This document shows, in pieces, positions 33,163 to 40,954 of a stretch of 49,130 nt of DNA; the stretch's first letter is position 1; every line of letters starts with the position of its first letter. Below the pieces are notes generated by a model that saw only the letters and a program-made list of their open reading frames with translations, did no database searches and was not told where the DNA came from. Source of the DNA: an uncultured Candidatus Saccharibacteria bacterium (GTDB taxonomy: Bacteria > Patescibacteriota > Doudnabacteria > UBA920); contig CAZQFQ010000002.1 in assembly GCA_964592725.1 (NCBI GenBank), positions 1-49,130 of the forward strand, written 5' to 3'. The translations under genes and the position numbers were made by a program.

Positions 33163-34047
33163 TTAACCACAAAGTCTCATAACAAACGCGGGGAAATCTT
33201 TAAGAATTGTTTGCGTTTGATCTTTGGACAGGCCAAGTTTTTGCGGAGAGACCGTTTCATCCAAAACTTCCAAACAGCTGTGACGTTCAACAACAAAGCC
33301 GAGATTTTCAAAAAACTCGCGCGCGGATTGTTCGTCTTTAAAACGGTTTTCCGTTAAATCGGCGCCGGTTATCTCTTTCATCCGCTTATGACGTTCTTTT
33401 ATTTTTTCAGCGGATTGTCCAAACAAGCCCTCGGACAAATCCGGGGTTATCCAGACGCCGCCAAAACGTTCCAAAAGCTGATGGACATTCGCGGCAACAA
33501 TGGCTTTTTCTTTAAAATCCAAATAACGAAGCAAGCCCTCGGTCACAACAGTAATCGGCTCTTGTCTAAATGGTATTACCGCCGTTAAGAGTTCCCGCGC
33601 GTTAAGAGCGTTTCCGTCAACAAGATGCAGGTTGGGTTCGCGCGGAACTTTTGATTGTGCCGCCAGCGTTTCTACAATGTCTCTCTTGTCATTTATTACG
33701 CCGGGCAAATCAGCCTCAACAAATTCCACTGACGGATCTTGCGCCATTTCAATGCCCCGCGAAGAAAAACCGGCGGCGATTTCAAAAATTTGTTTGCTTC
33801 CGCTTGCTTTTACCAAACGGCTCACCAGCCTAAAACGCGCTTCTATTATTGGCGCGGCTTCCGGGTGTTTTAATACCTCAAATTCCTGAAGTTCCTCCGC
33901 CGAATATGACCGCCGCATTATTTTATCAAGCTCGTCAAAAATTTCCTTTGAAAATGGAATTTCGGCCAATGTCCTCCGGTAAGCCACGCCCCAAGCAGTC
34001 GGGCTTATCTTATCGTACGCATCCGTTCTTTGTTCTAAGGAATCCAT
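33163..34047 (-). CDS. class I SAM-dependent methyltransferase (leucine carboxyl MTase/TcmP-like pattern)
   Basis: ISPTAWGVAYRR..., IFEIAAGFSSRG..., VEFVEADLPGVINDK..., VVTEGLLRYL. Confidence 0.65.
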   Translation of the reverse strand: MDSLEQRTDAYDKISPTAWGVAYRRTLAEIPFSKEIFDELDKIMRRSYSAEELQEFEVLKHPEAAPIIEARFRLVSRLVKASGSKQIFEIAAGFSSRGIEMAQDPSVEFVEADLPGVINDKRDIVETLAAQSKVPREPNLHLVDGNALNARELLTAVIPFRQEPITVVTEGLLRYLDFKEKAIVAANVHQLLERFGGVWITPDLSEGLFGQSAEKIKERHKRMKEITGADLTENRFKDEQSAREFFENLGFVVERHSCLEVLDETVSPQKLGLSKDQTQTILKDFPAFVMRLCG

Positions 34048-34053
34048 ACAATT

Positions 34054-35061
34054 TTATTTCGCGCTCAAGATGCTTTTTTTGTAACTATCAAGATTATCCA
34101 ACGCCACGCCGGTGCCTTTGGCGACACATAATAATGGCTCTTCGGCCACAAAGCACGGGACGCCCACGCTTTGGGCGATGAAGTGGTCAAGATTACGAAG
34201 GAGCGCCGTGCCGCCGGTCAAAACCATGCCTTTGTCGATGATGTCCGAAGCCAGCTCCGGAGGCGTTTCCTGGAGCACGCTTTTTACCGCTTTGGCGATT
34301 TCCGTGAGATCTTCGGTAATAGCCGAAACCACCTCGTTTGAGGCAACTGTCACGGTTTTGGGCAGGCCGGAAATCATATCGCGGCCTTTGACTTCCATCA
34401 CTTCCTCTTCATTTAAAATTACGGCACTGCCGATGTTGATTTTAATTTCCTCGGCCGTGCGGTCACCGATGGCCAGGCCGTGCCGCCGCCGGACAAAATC
34501 GACGATAGCTTGGTCCAACCGGTTGCCGGCCACGCGCACCGAAGTGGAATTGACAATACCGCCGAGCGATAATACAGCCACGTCCGTGGTGCCGCCGCCG
34601 ATATCAATTACCAAATTTCCCCTGGCTTCGGAAATGGGGATTCCCGCGCCGATGGCCGCGGCCACGGTTTCCTTTATTACATAAGCCGCCTTGGCGCCGG
34701 CCGCCATAGCCGCGTCCACAACCGCGCGTCTTTCGGTTGAGGTAATTCCGCCGGGCACCGATATCATAACCTCGGGCCGAAAAAACCTGACGTTGCCCAA
34801 AGCTTTGTTTATAAAATAGCGGAGCATGGCTTCGGTGACGCGGTAGTCGGCAATGACGCCGTCTTTCATCGGCCGTGAGGCCACAATGGTTTCCGGCGTC
34901 CGGCCGAGCATTTCCTTGGCTTCCTGGCCCACCGCCAAAACGCGGTTGTCTTCCAAAGAAATGGCGACCACCGTAGGCTCATTAATAATAATCCCCCGCT
35001 TGGGCAGATAAACCAAAGTGTTGGCCGTGCCCAGGTCTATGCCGATTTTCGTTTCAAACAT
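34054..35061 (-). CDS. mreB: rod-shape-determining actin homologue MreB
   Basis: IGIDLGTANTLVY, NEPTVVA and DIGGGTTDVAVLSLGG. Confidence 0.95.
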   Translation of the reverse strand: MFETKIGIDLGTANTLVYLPKRGIIINEPTVVAISLEDNRVLAVGQEAKEMLGRTPETIVASRPMKDGVIADYRVTEAMLRYFINKALGNVRFFRPEVMISVPGGITSTERRAVVDAAMAAGAKAAYVIKETVAAAIGAGIPISEARGNLVIDIGGGTTDVAVLSLGGIVNSTSVRVAGNRLDQAIVDFVRRRHGLAIGDRTAEEIKINIGSAVILNEEEVMEVKGRDMISGLPKTVTVASNEVVSAITEDLTEIAKAVKSVLQETPPELASDIIDKGMVLTGGTALLRNLDHFIAQSVGVPCFVAEEPLLCVAKGTGVALDNLDSYKKSILSAK

Positions 35062-35064
35062 AAT

Positions 35065-35165
35065 AAATCGAATCTGCGAATTAGACGAATCTACGAATGA
35101 CTACGAATTAACGAATTCGTACTTCGTAGGGATTCGTTGATTCGTTCCATTCGTAGATTCGATTT
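35065..35165. repeat. A-family palindromic element, copy A3
   Basis: Spans from about the predicted mreB transcription start to 4 nt before the mreB ATG. Has a central ACGAATTCGT. Confidence 0.85.
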
Positions 35166-35170
35166 ATTGA

Positions 35171-35199
35171 ATTATAGCAACATAACGGCATTGAAACAA
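35171..35199 (-). promoter_or_regulatory. mreB promoter (TTGTTT-17-TGcTATAAT)
   Basis: The minus strand reads TTGTTTcaatgccgttatgtTGcTATAAT. Confidence 0.5.
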
Positions 35200-35219
35200 G
35201 GCTCAAAATGAGGTAAAAT
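35191..35219 (+). promoter_or_regulatory. promoter TTGAAA-17-TAAAAT for the PEGA gene; ATG lies 8 nt after the -10 box (leaderless)
   Basis: TTGAAAcaaggctcaaaatgaggTAAAATtaacccatATG. Confidence 0.6.
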
Positions 35220-35227
35220 TAACCCAT

Positions 35228-36628
35228 ATGACCCAAAGAACCCGCTATTTGCTAATTCTTGCCGGCTTTGTGTTTTTTTTAATGGCCGCTCCGCTGATGG
35301 TGCTGTACGTCCGCGGCATAACTTACGACTTTGCCACTAAAACTTTTGTAAAAACCGGAATTATGGGCGTTAGGACCAGTCCGTCCGACGCGACCGTTTT
35401 TATAAACGGAAAGGTTAAACGCCAAAGCCAGGGCGACATCGGGTTTTTAGTTCCCGGCGCGTACCAGGTGGAAATAAAAAAAACCGGCTACTCGGACTGG
35501 AGCAAACGGCTGAATGTGGACGCGGGCCAGGTAACCTGGGCCAACCCTTCTTTTGGCAGTATTTATTTATTTTTAAAAAACCCTCCGGCGCAAAATCTGG
35601 CGCAGGGGGTTTTGGATTTTTACAGCCAAAACGGAAACTTAGTTTATCTTACGCCGCAGAGCGCCGTCGTCGCCGCTTCCGATAATTTATCCTCGCGGCA
35701 AGTCTATCCCCTGCCCAAAAATGTCACCGAAATTTTGACCGAGGATGCCTCGGGTCAAAATTTCATTTTATCAAACAATTCGGCCGCGACTTCAACTCCC
35801 GAATTTTTGGTATTTAATAAAACGTCCGGCACATTTATCGATATAAGTTCCCTTTTCCCGAATGCCGTTAACCCCGTTAGGGAACCGTCGGCGGTAAACA
35901 GTAACCATCTCCAAAATAATTTACAATCAATGCCGGCTTCGTCAGCGGCATCCTCTAACGGGGTTAAGTTTCAATTCGGCTCAAACGGGGAGCTTTATGC
36001 TTTAAGCGATAATTTTTTATATTCGGTTGACTTGGAAAATAAAATTAAAACCGCCATTTTTAACGGCGTGAGATCTTTTTATTTCCAGGGCGGAGAATTA
36101 TATTACATTCAACAGACCGGGCAAAGCTACGGGCTTTTTGACAGCCAGGCGCCTTTTAGCCAAAACCAGCTTCTGGTGGCCGGCCTGCCCGACTTTGATT
36201 CGGGCGATTTGTTTGTAACTCTTGAAAAGGAAGTTTTTTTGCTGGCGGACAATAAACTTTATTTAGTAAGCTCCAATATGCGGCAGATTTCCGACAACAT
36301 TTCCATCTTTAATTTTGACCCGAACAGCTCTCTTATATCGCTAATCCAGTCCGGGGAATTTGATTACTACGATCCGGTCGGAATGAATTTAAATTTTGTT
36401 ACCCGCAGCAGCGAAACTTTGGCCAATCCGCGCGTGCTAACCGGCATCGGCAACGCCTTTTTCCTGCAAGACGAAAAGCTTATGGTCATAGAGCTTGACG
36501 CGCGCGACAACCAAAACCAGTACCAGCTTTATCAGGGAGCCAATGTTAAAAAGTTTTTTGTGGACGGCGCGGGAAAAAATGTTCTGCTTTTGGACAACGG
36601 GGAGTTAAAAAGTTTGGTTGTTAGATAA
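35228..36628 (+). CDS. PEGA-domain membrane-anchored protein
   Basis: N-terminal TM helix. PEGA-like TSPSDATVFINGKVKR...VPGAYQVEIKKTGYSDWSKRLNV. Confidence 0.8.
   Translation: MTQRTRYLLILAGFVFFLMAAPLMVLYVRGITYDFATKTFVKTGIMGVRTSPSDATVFINGKVKRQSQGDIGFLVPGAYQVEIKKTGYSDWSKRLNVDAGQVTWANPSFGSIYLFLKNPPAQNLAQGVLDFYSQNGNLVYLTPQSAVVAASDNLSSRQVYPLPKNVTEILTEDASGQNFILSNNSAATSTPEFLVFNKTSGTFIDISSLFPNAVNPVREPSAVNSNHLQNNLQSMPASSAASSNGVKFQFGSNGELYALSDNFLYSVDLENKIKTAIFNGVRSFYFQGGELYYIQQTGQSYGLFDSQAPFSQNQLLVAGLPDFDSGDLFVTLEKEVFLLADNKLYLVSSNMRQISDNISIFNFDPNSSLISLIQSGEFDYYDPVGMNLNFVTRSSETLANPRVLTGIGNAFFLQDEKLMVIELDARDNQNQYQLYQGANVKKFFVDGAGKNVLLLDNGELKSLVVR
35868..35967 (+). repeat. ~100-nt inverted-repeat element inside the PEGA-domain CDS
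   Basis: TTAACCCCGTTAG (35868-35880) and CTAACGGGGTTAA (35955-35967) are perfect 13-bp inverted arms. The region is translated as ...NAVNPVREPSAVNSNHLQNNLQSMPASSAASSNGVKF... Confidence 0.65.
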
Positions 36629-36648
36629 TGTCAAATCTGCTGTGCCGT

Positions 36649-37098
36649 CTATGCCGCTTCGTCTATGACCTGATTAACCAATTTGTCCGCTTCCTTATTT
36701 TGTTCCCTTGGAACGTGATGAAATGTCACGTTTTTAAATTGGTTGCGGAGTTTTAAAACTTCCGCGGCCAACAGCTTAAGCGTCGGTTCTTTTATTTTAT
36801 ATTGGCCAATCATTTGGCGCACAACAAGTTCGCTGTCCATGCGGATCTCGAGGTCAACTTTATTCCCCTCTCCCTTTGGGAGAGGGGTCAGGGGTGAGGG
36901 TTTTTTCGATAATTCCCTAGCCTTCTCCAACGCTAAAATCAGCGCCTTGTATTCGGCCACGTTATTTGTCGCCTCGCCGATGTATTGCTTATATTCGCCG
37001 ATGATTTGGTTATCATCAGCGCGAATAACCACGCCAATCCCCGCCGGCCCGGGATTTCCCCTGGCCCCGCCGTCTGTATTTATAATTAGTTTTGACAT
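36649..37098 (-). CDS. rnhA: ribonuclease HI
   Basis: INTDGGARGNPGPAGIG, NNVAEYKALILAL, MDSELVV and HVPREQNKEADKLVNQ. Confidence 0.85.
   Translation of the reverse strand: MSKLIINTDGGARGNPGPAGIGVVIRADDNQIIGEYKQYIGEATNNVAEYKALILALEKARELSKKPSPLTPLPKGEGNKVDLEIRMDSELVVRQMIGQYKIKEPTLKLLAAEVLKLRNQFKNVTFHHVPREQNKEADKLVNQVIDEAA
36865..36902 (-). repeat. in-frame GGGAGAGGG-type palindromic element inside rnhA
   Basis: CCCCTCTCCC-TTT-GGGAGAGGGG-TCAGGGGTGAGGGTT, translated as KKPSPLTPLPKGEGNKV. Confidence 0.8.
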
Positions 37099-37159
37099 TT
37101 AAAATTTATAATTTGAAATTATTTTGAATAATTAGACCTATTAGAAATTAGAATAATTC

Positions 37160-39148
37160 CTAATCCGATTTTCTAACATCAATAACCCTCAATTTTACCC
37201 CTTCCCTTCCGTTCCAATTGTCCGCGATAAGTTCCGCAGCTACGTCTACAGTATCGCCGATTTTTAAACTTTTGGCAAAATCCGGGGCGTTAAACATAAT
37301 TCCGGATATTTCCTGGCCGCCTCCACCACCTACGGCGTCATCCTGAGGGAGTGCATCCGACCGGCTTGTCCGCCGAAGCTTTAGCGAAGGTGGAAGGATC
37401 CCTTTATCCGCAATCTGAGATTCTTCCCCCTCGCTCGGATGCACTCGCTCGGGGTCAGAATGACGCCGGAAAAACGATACAAACTTTATCTGCAAATGCT
37501 GATTTTGCTTGCCGACCATGCGCACCGATGATACTTGGAGGTTAGGAATCAAAAATTTGGGCGTAACATTATCCACCCCAAAAGGTTCTAGCCGAAGCAA
37601 CAATTGACAATTAACGATTGACAATTGACCGGGGGACAACTCCGCTTCCAGCTCCAAAACTTTTTGCGACTTTTCATTATTTATATTTTCCTCGGCGTAT
37701 ACCAGAAGCTTCTGGTAAAAAAGCTCAAATTGATCGGCTTGCAAACTCAATCCCGCGGCTTGCTTGTGGCCGCCGAATTTGGACAAATGTGCGGAAGAAA
37801 ATTTCAACGCCTCCAACATATTAAACTCGCCGGCTGTCCTGGCCGATCCTGTGCACAAGTTTTCCGTCCTCTCCAAAACAATGGTCGGCTTATAAAATTC
37901 CTCGGCCAGTTTTCCCGCCACCAAACCCATTATGCCTTTTGGCCAGCCCTCGCCCACCAACGCCAAAACTTTTCGCTCTTTAAGCAGTAAAACTTTTTCT
38001 TTGGCTTCGCTCAAAACCGAGGCCGTCAGTCCCTGCCGCCGCGCGTTTATAGCTTCCAGATTGCGGGCTTTTTCTTGCGCCTGATGAAGGTCTGTTTCCA
38101 TCAACAAATTCAAAGCAATCCCGGCGTGCTCCAGCCGTCCGGCGGCGTTTAAGCGAGGCGCTATAATAAAGCCAAGTGTATAAGTATCAAGCTTAACGAG
38201 GGTAACCCTCGGAGCCCGAGGGTTACCCTCGTTAATTAACCCGGCTGATTCCATCAAGGCGCGAAGGCCAATCCATTTAGTTTTAGCCAATACCTGCAAG
38301 CCATATTTTACCAATATGCGATTTTCGCCAAGCAGGCTGTGGCAGTCGGCCACGGTGCCAATAGCTACGAGATCCAGGAGCCATTTTTCCCAGCCTTTAA
38401 TTCCCTGCTGCCTGTTGCCTACTGCCTTTCCCCTGCTCAATATTCCGCAAGCCAGCTTAAAAGCCACCCCAACCCCGGTAATTTCCCGGTACGGATAGCC
38501 GTCATCAGAATTTTTAGGATTTATCAGCGCGTAAGCTTTTGGAACTTCGCCGATAATTTCGTGGTGGTCGGTGATAATTAAATCTATTTGATTTGCTTTA
38601 CAAAATTCCGCGGCGTCAACGGAATTCGTCCCGCAGTCAACGGTAATGATTATCTTTGATCCTTCATCCTTTATCTTTTGTAATGCCTCAATATTGACTC
38701 CGTATCCTTCCGAAAAACGATCCGGAATATATGACGCCACTTCAACCCCTAAATATCTAAAAGTCTGCCCCAAAACAGCGTTGGCGGTTATGGCGTCGGC
38801 ATCGTAATCACCGTAAACGCAAATTTTTTCCCGGCTGTCTATTGCCTTCCAAATCCGCTCCACCGCTTTTTCCATATCCTGAAACAAAAACGGGCTGTGC
38901 AAGTTTTCGTATTTCGGCTCCAAAAAATCCTGAATCTGCTCTTTCTCAAGCAGCCCTCTATTATAAAGCAACTGCGCCAGCAATACCTGATCCCCCTCTC
39001 CCTTTGGAAGAGGGTCAGGGTGAGGGTTTGATGATAAAAAACCGATGATCTTTCCCTTAGCCTCCTCCGGCACCCCTGGTTTTAATTTCCAAATTTTTGC
39101 CATATACTCTATTTTATCAGTTAAAGTCAATAAAGTGTAGTCTATCAA
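37160..39148 (-). CDS. recJ: single-stranded-DNA-specific exonuclease RecJ
   Basis: VYGDYDADAIT, ITVDCGT, IITDHH and GGHKQAAG (DHH/DHHA1). An alternative start is ATG 39103. Confidence 0.9.
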   Translation of the reverse strand: MIDYTLLTLTDKIEYMAKIWKLKPGVPEEAKGKIIGFLSSNPHPDPLPKGEGDQVLLAQLLYNRGLLEKEQIQDFLEPKYENLHSPFLFQDMEKAVERIWKAIDSREKICVYGDYDADAITANAVLGQTFRYLGVEVASYIPDRFSEGYGVNIEALQKIKDEGSKIIITVDCGTNSVDAAEFCKANQIDLIITDHHEIIGEVPKAYALINPKNSDDGYPYREITGVGVAFKLACGILSRGKAVGNRQQGIKGWEKWLLDLVAIGTVADCHSLLGENRILVKYGLQVLAKTKWIGLRALMESAGLINEGNPRAPRVTLVKLDTYTLGFIIAPRLNAAGRLEHAGIALNLLMETDLHQAQEKARNLEAINARRQGLTASVLSEAKEKVLLLKERKVLALVGEGWPKGIMGLVAGKLAEEFYKPTIVLERTENLCTGSARTAGEFNMLEALKFSSAHLSKFGGHKQAAGLSLQADQFELFYQKLLVYAEENINNEKSQKVLELEAELSPGQLSIVNCQLLLRLEPFGVDNVTPKFLIPNLQVSSVRMVGKQNQHLQIKFVSFFRRHSDPERVHPSEGEESQIADKGILPPSLKLRRTSRSDALPQDDAVGGGGGQEISGIMFNAPDFAKSLKIGDTVDVAAELIADNWNGREGVKLRVIDVRKSD
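37337..37464 (-). repeat. ~128-nt REP-like inverted-repeat element inside the recJ 3' region
   Basis: The arms are GTCATCCTGAGGGAGTGCATCCGA and TCGGATGCACTCGCTCGGGGTCAGAATGAC. Translated as ...RRHSDPERVHPSEGEESQIADKGILPPSLKLRRTSRSDALPQDDAV... Confidence 0.75.
38195..38233 (-). repeat. in-frame perfect 18-3-18 palindrome inside recJ
   Basis: AACGAGGGTAACCCTCGG-AGC-CCGAGGGTTACCCTCGTT, translated as NEGNPRAPRVTLV. Confidence 0.8.
38992..39028 (-). repeat. in-frame GGGAGAGGG-type palindromic element inside the recJ 5' region
   Basis: CCCCCTCTCCC-TTT-GGAAGAGGG-TCAGGGTGAGGGTT, translated as NPHPDPLPKGEGDQ. Confidence 0.8.
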
Positions 39149-39167
39149 ATATCGCTTTTACGGCCAA

Positions 39168-39218
39168 AATAAAAAAAATCCTTTTGCATTAACGTACTAG
39201 TACACTAATGCAAAAGGA
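39168..39218 (-). terminator. strong intrinsic terminator after gpmI
   Basis: 13-bp stem TCCTTTTGCATTA/TAATGCAAAAGGA. On the minus strand it is followed by T8. Confidence 0.8.
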
Positions 39219-39225
39219 ATGATAT

Positions 39226-40848
39226 TCATCTTCTCCTGGGCACCTCGTCCATTTCAGTAAAAAGACTGACGCCCGTCATTTCCACTGGCTTGGGCAAACC
39301 AAGAAGTTCTAAAATTGTCGGCGCCACGTCGGAAATCGCGCCGGCGGGGACAAAAGTGGATAAAAATTCGTAATTTATACCAACGGTTTTGGAAAATTTA
39401 AATTCATTGGCTATGAGCAAAAACGGCACGGGATTGGTGGTGTGGTCTTTGTCTATGTCGCCGGTTTTGGGATTTATCATCTGCTCGCAATTGCCGTGGT
39501 CGGCCGTAATTATCAGCGCGGCGTCGGCCATGAGGCACGCGTCCATAACTTTTTTTAAACACCGGTCCAAAAATTCCACGGCCTTTATGCCGGCAGTCAA
39601 ACTGCCGGTGTGTCCCACCATATCGGCGTTGGCAAAGTTGGCCGCAAAAAAATTGGTTTCCGTGGAAATTATTTTTTTTGTCAGAATATCCGTCAGTTTT
39701 TCCGCTGACATTTCCGGATGGTCAGCATAATTACGGCTGTTGTTTTCGGGACTGCTGATAATTTCCTGCTCCTCGCCCGGAAACTTTTCCGTCCGTCCGC
39801 AGTTAAAAAATGCCGTCACATGAGCGTATTTTTCGCTCTCGGCAATATGAAATTGGCTTAAATGACTTTGGGATATTACTTCGGCCAGATTATTTTTTAA
39901 ACTTATATGATCAAAGGCGACTTTCACGGGCAACTCCGGCGCGTATTCGGTCATAGTGGCAAAATACAAATTCTGCAGAGGTTTTTGCGGCCTAAATTCG
40001 GCCGGCAACGCATCCGGCTGAACAAAAGCCCGTGTAAGCTGGAGCGCGCGGTCGGAACGAAAATTTATAAAAATCACGGCGTCGTTATCGGAAATTTTGC
40101 CAACCGGCAAACCGCCTTCGTCAACAATAACCGTGGGCTTTATCATTTCGTCAAAAATTTGGGATTGATAACTTTTTTTTACCGCCTCTTCGGCCGAATG
40201 CGCGGTATCGCCCTTGCCGTAAACCAGCGCCTGATAAGTCATCAGCGTTTGCCCAAAATGGCCGCCTCTGTCCATTGAATAAAACCTGCCGGTGACTGTG
40301 GCCACTTTGCCAACGCCGGCTAATGAGATTCTTTCATTAAGCGTTTTTAAAGTTTCCGGCGCGATTTTCTGGTCAGTGTCCCGGCCGTCGGTAAACATAT
40401 GGATGTACACTTTTTTTTGCCCGTTGTTCGCGGCCATAGAAAGCAGGGCATACAGATGCTCATCAAAACTGTGTACGCCGCCCGGGCTGACAAGCCCCAT
40501 TAAATGCAAAGCCGAATGATTGTTTTTGGCGTGGTTTATGGCTTCCAAAAAAATCGGATTTTTAAAAAACTCCCCGCTTTGGATGGCGGCGGTTATGCGC
40601 GGCAAATCCTGGCCCACAATCCGTCCGGCTCCCAAATTTAAATGGCCTACTTCGCTGTTGCCCATTTCGCCCCAGGGCAAACCGACCAAAGGGCCGCTCG
40701 CCTGCAAAGTCAAAGAAGGAAAATTGCTGACAATAAAATTCAGGTTCGGAGTTTTGGCCCGCGAGATAGCATTACCAAAACCCTCCGGCGCTACGCCGAA
40801 GCCGTCTAAAATTATAAGTGTGACTTTTTTGTAAATTTTGTGTTTCAT
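39226..40848 (-). CDS. gpmI: 2,3-bisphosphoglycerate-independent phosphoglycerate mutase
   Basis: LIILDGFG, GEMGNSEVGHLNLGAGR and ADMVGHTG. 540 aa. Confidence 0.95.
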   Translation of the reverse strand: MKHKIYKKVTLIILDGFGVAPEGFGNAISRAKTPNLNFIVSNFPSLTLQASGPLVGLPWGEMGNSEVGHLNLGAGRIVGQDLPRITAAIQSGEFFKNPIFLEAINHAKNNHSALHLMGLVSPGGVHSFDEHLYALLSMAANNGQKKVYIHMFTDGRDTDQKIAPETLKTLNERISLAGVGKVATVTGRFYSMDRGGHFGQTLMTYQALVYGKGDTAHSAEEAVKKSYQSQIFDEMIKPTVIVDEGGLPVGKISDNDAVIFINFRSDRALQLTRAFVQPDALPAEFRPQKPLQNLYFATMTEYAPELPVKVAFDHISLKNNLAEVISQSHLSQFHIAESEKYAHVTAFFNCGRTEKFPGEEQEIISSPENNSRNYADHPEMSAEKLTDILTKKIISTETNFFAANFANADMVGHTGSLTAGIKAVEFLDRCLKKVMDACLMADAALIITADHGNCEQMINPKTGDIDKDHTTNPVPFLLIANEFKFSKTVGINYEFLSTFVPAGAISDVAPTILELLGLPKPVEMTGVSLFTEMDEVPRRR

Positions 40849-40853
40849 AAATA

Positions 40854-40954
40854 TGATACCAATATACTAAATATACGAATGATACCAATAATACTAATCT
40901 TGAGTAATCCGTATTATTAGTATCATCAGTATTTAAATTCGTATATTAGTATCA
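40854..40954. repeat. unique hairpin built from GATAC/AATA/TACTAA words in the eno-gpmI spacer
   Basis: TGATACCAATATA...GATACCAATAATAC pairs with GTATTATTAGTATC...TATATTAGTATCA. The C.A mismatches become G.U pairs on the minus (sense) strand. Confidence 0.65.

Noticed and set aside
37597-37632. CAATTGACAATT-type low-complexity tract in recJ as a fourth insert. It resembles the CGATTAACAATT tract at 11127-11155
   Set aside because: It is not clearly palindromic, and the encoded segment (QLSIVNCQLLLRLEPFG) may be native RecJ sequence. The evidence is too weak without an alignment.
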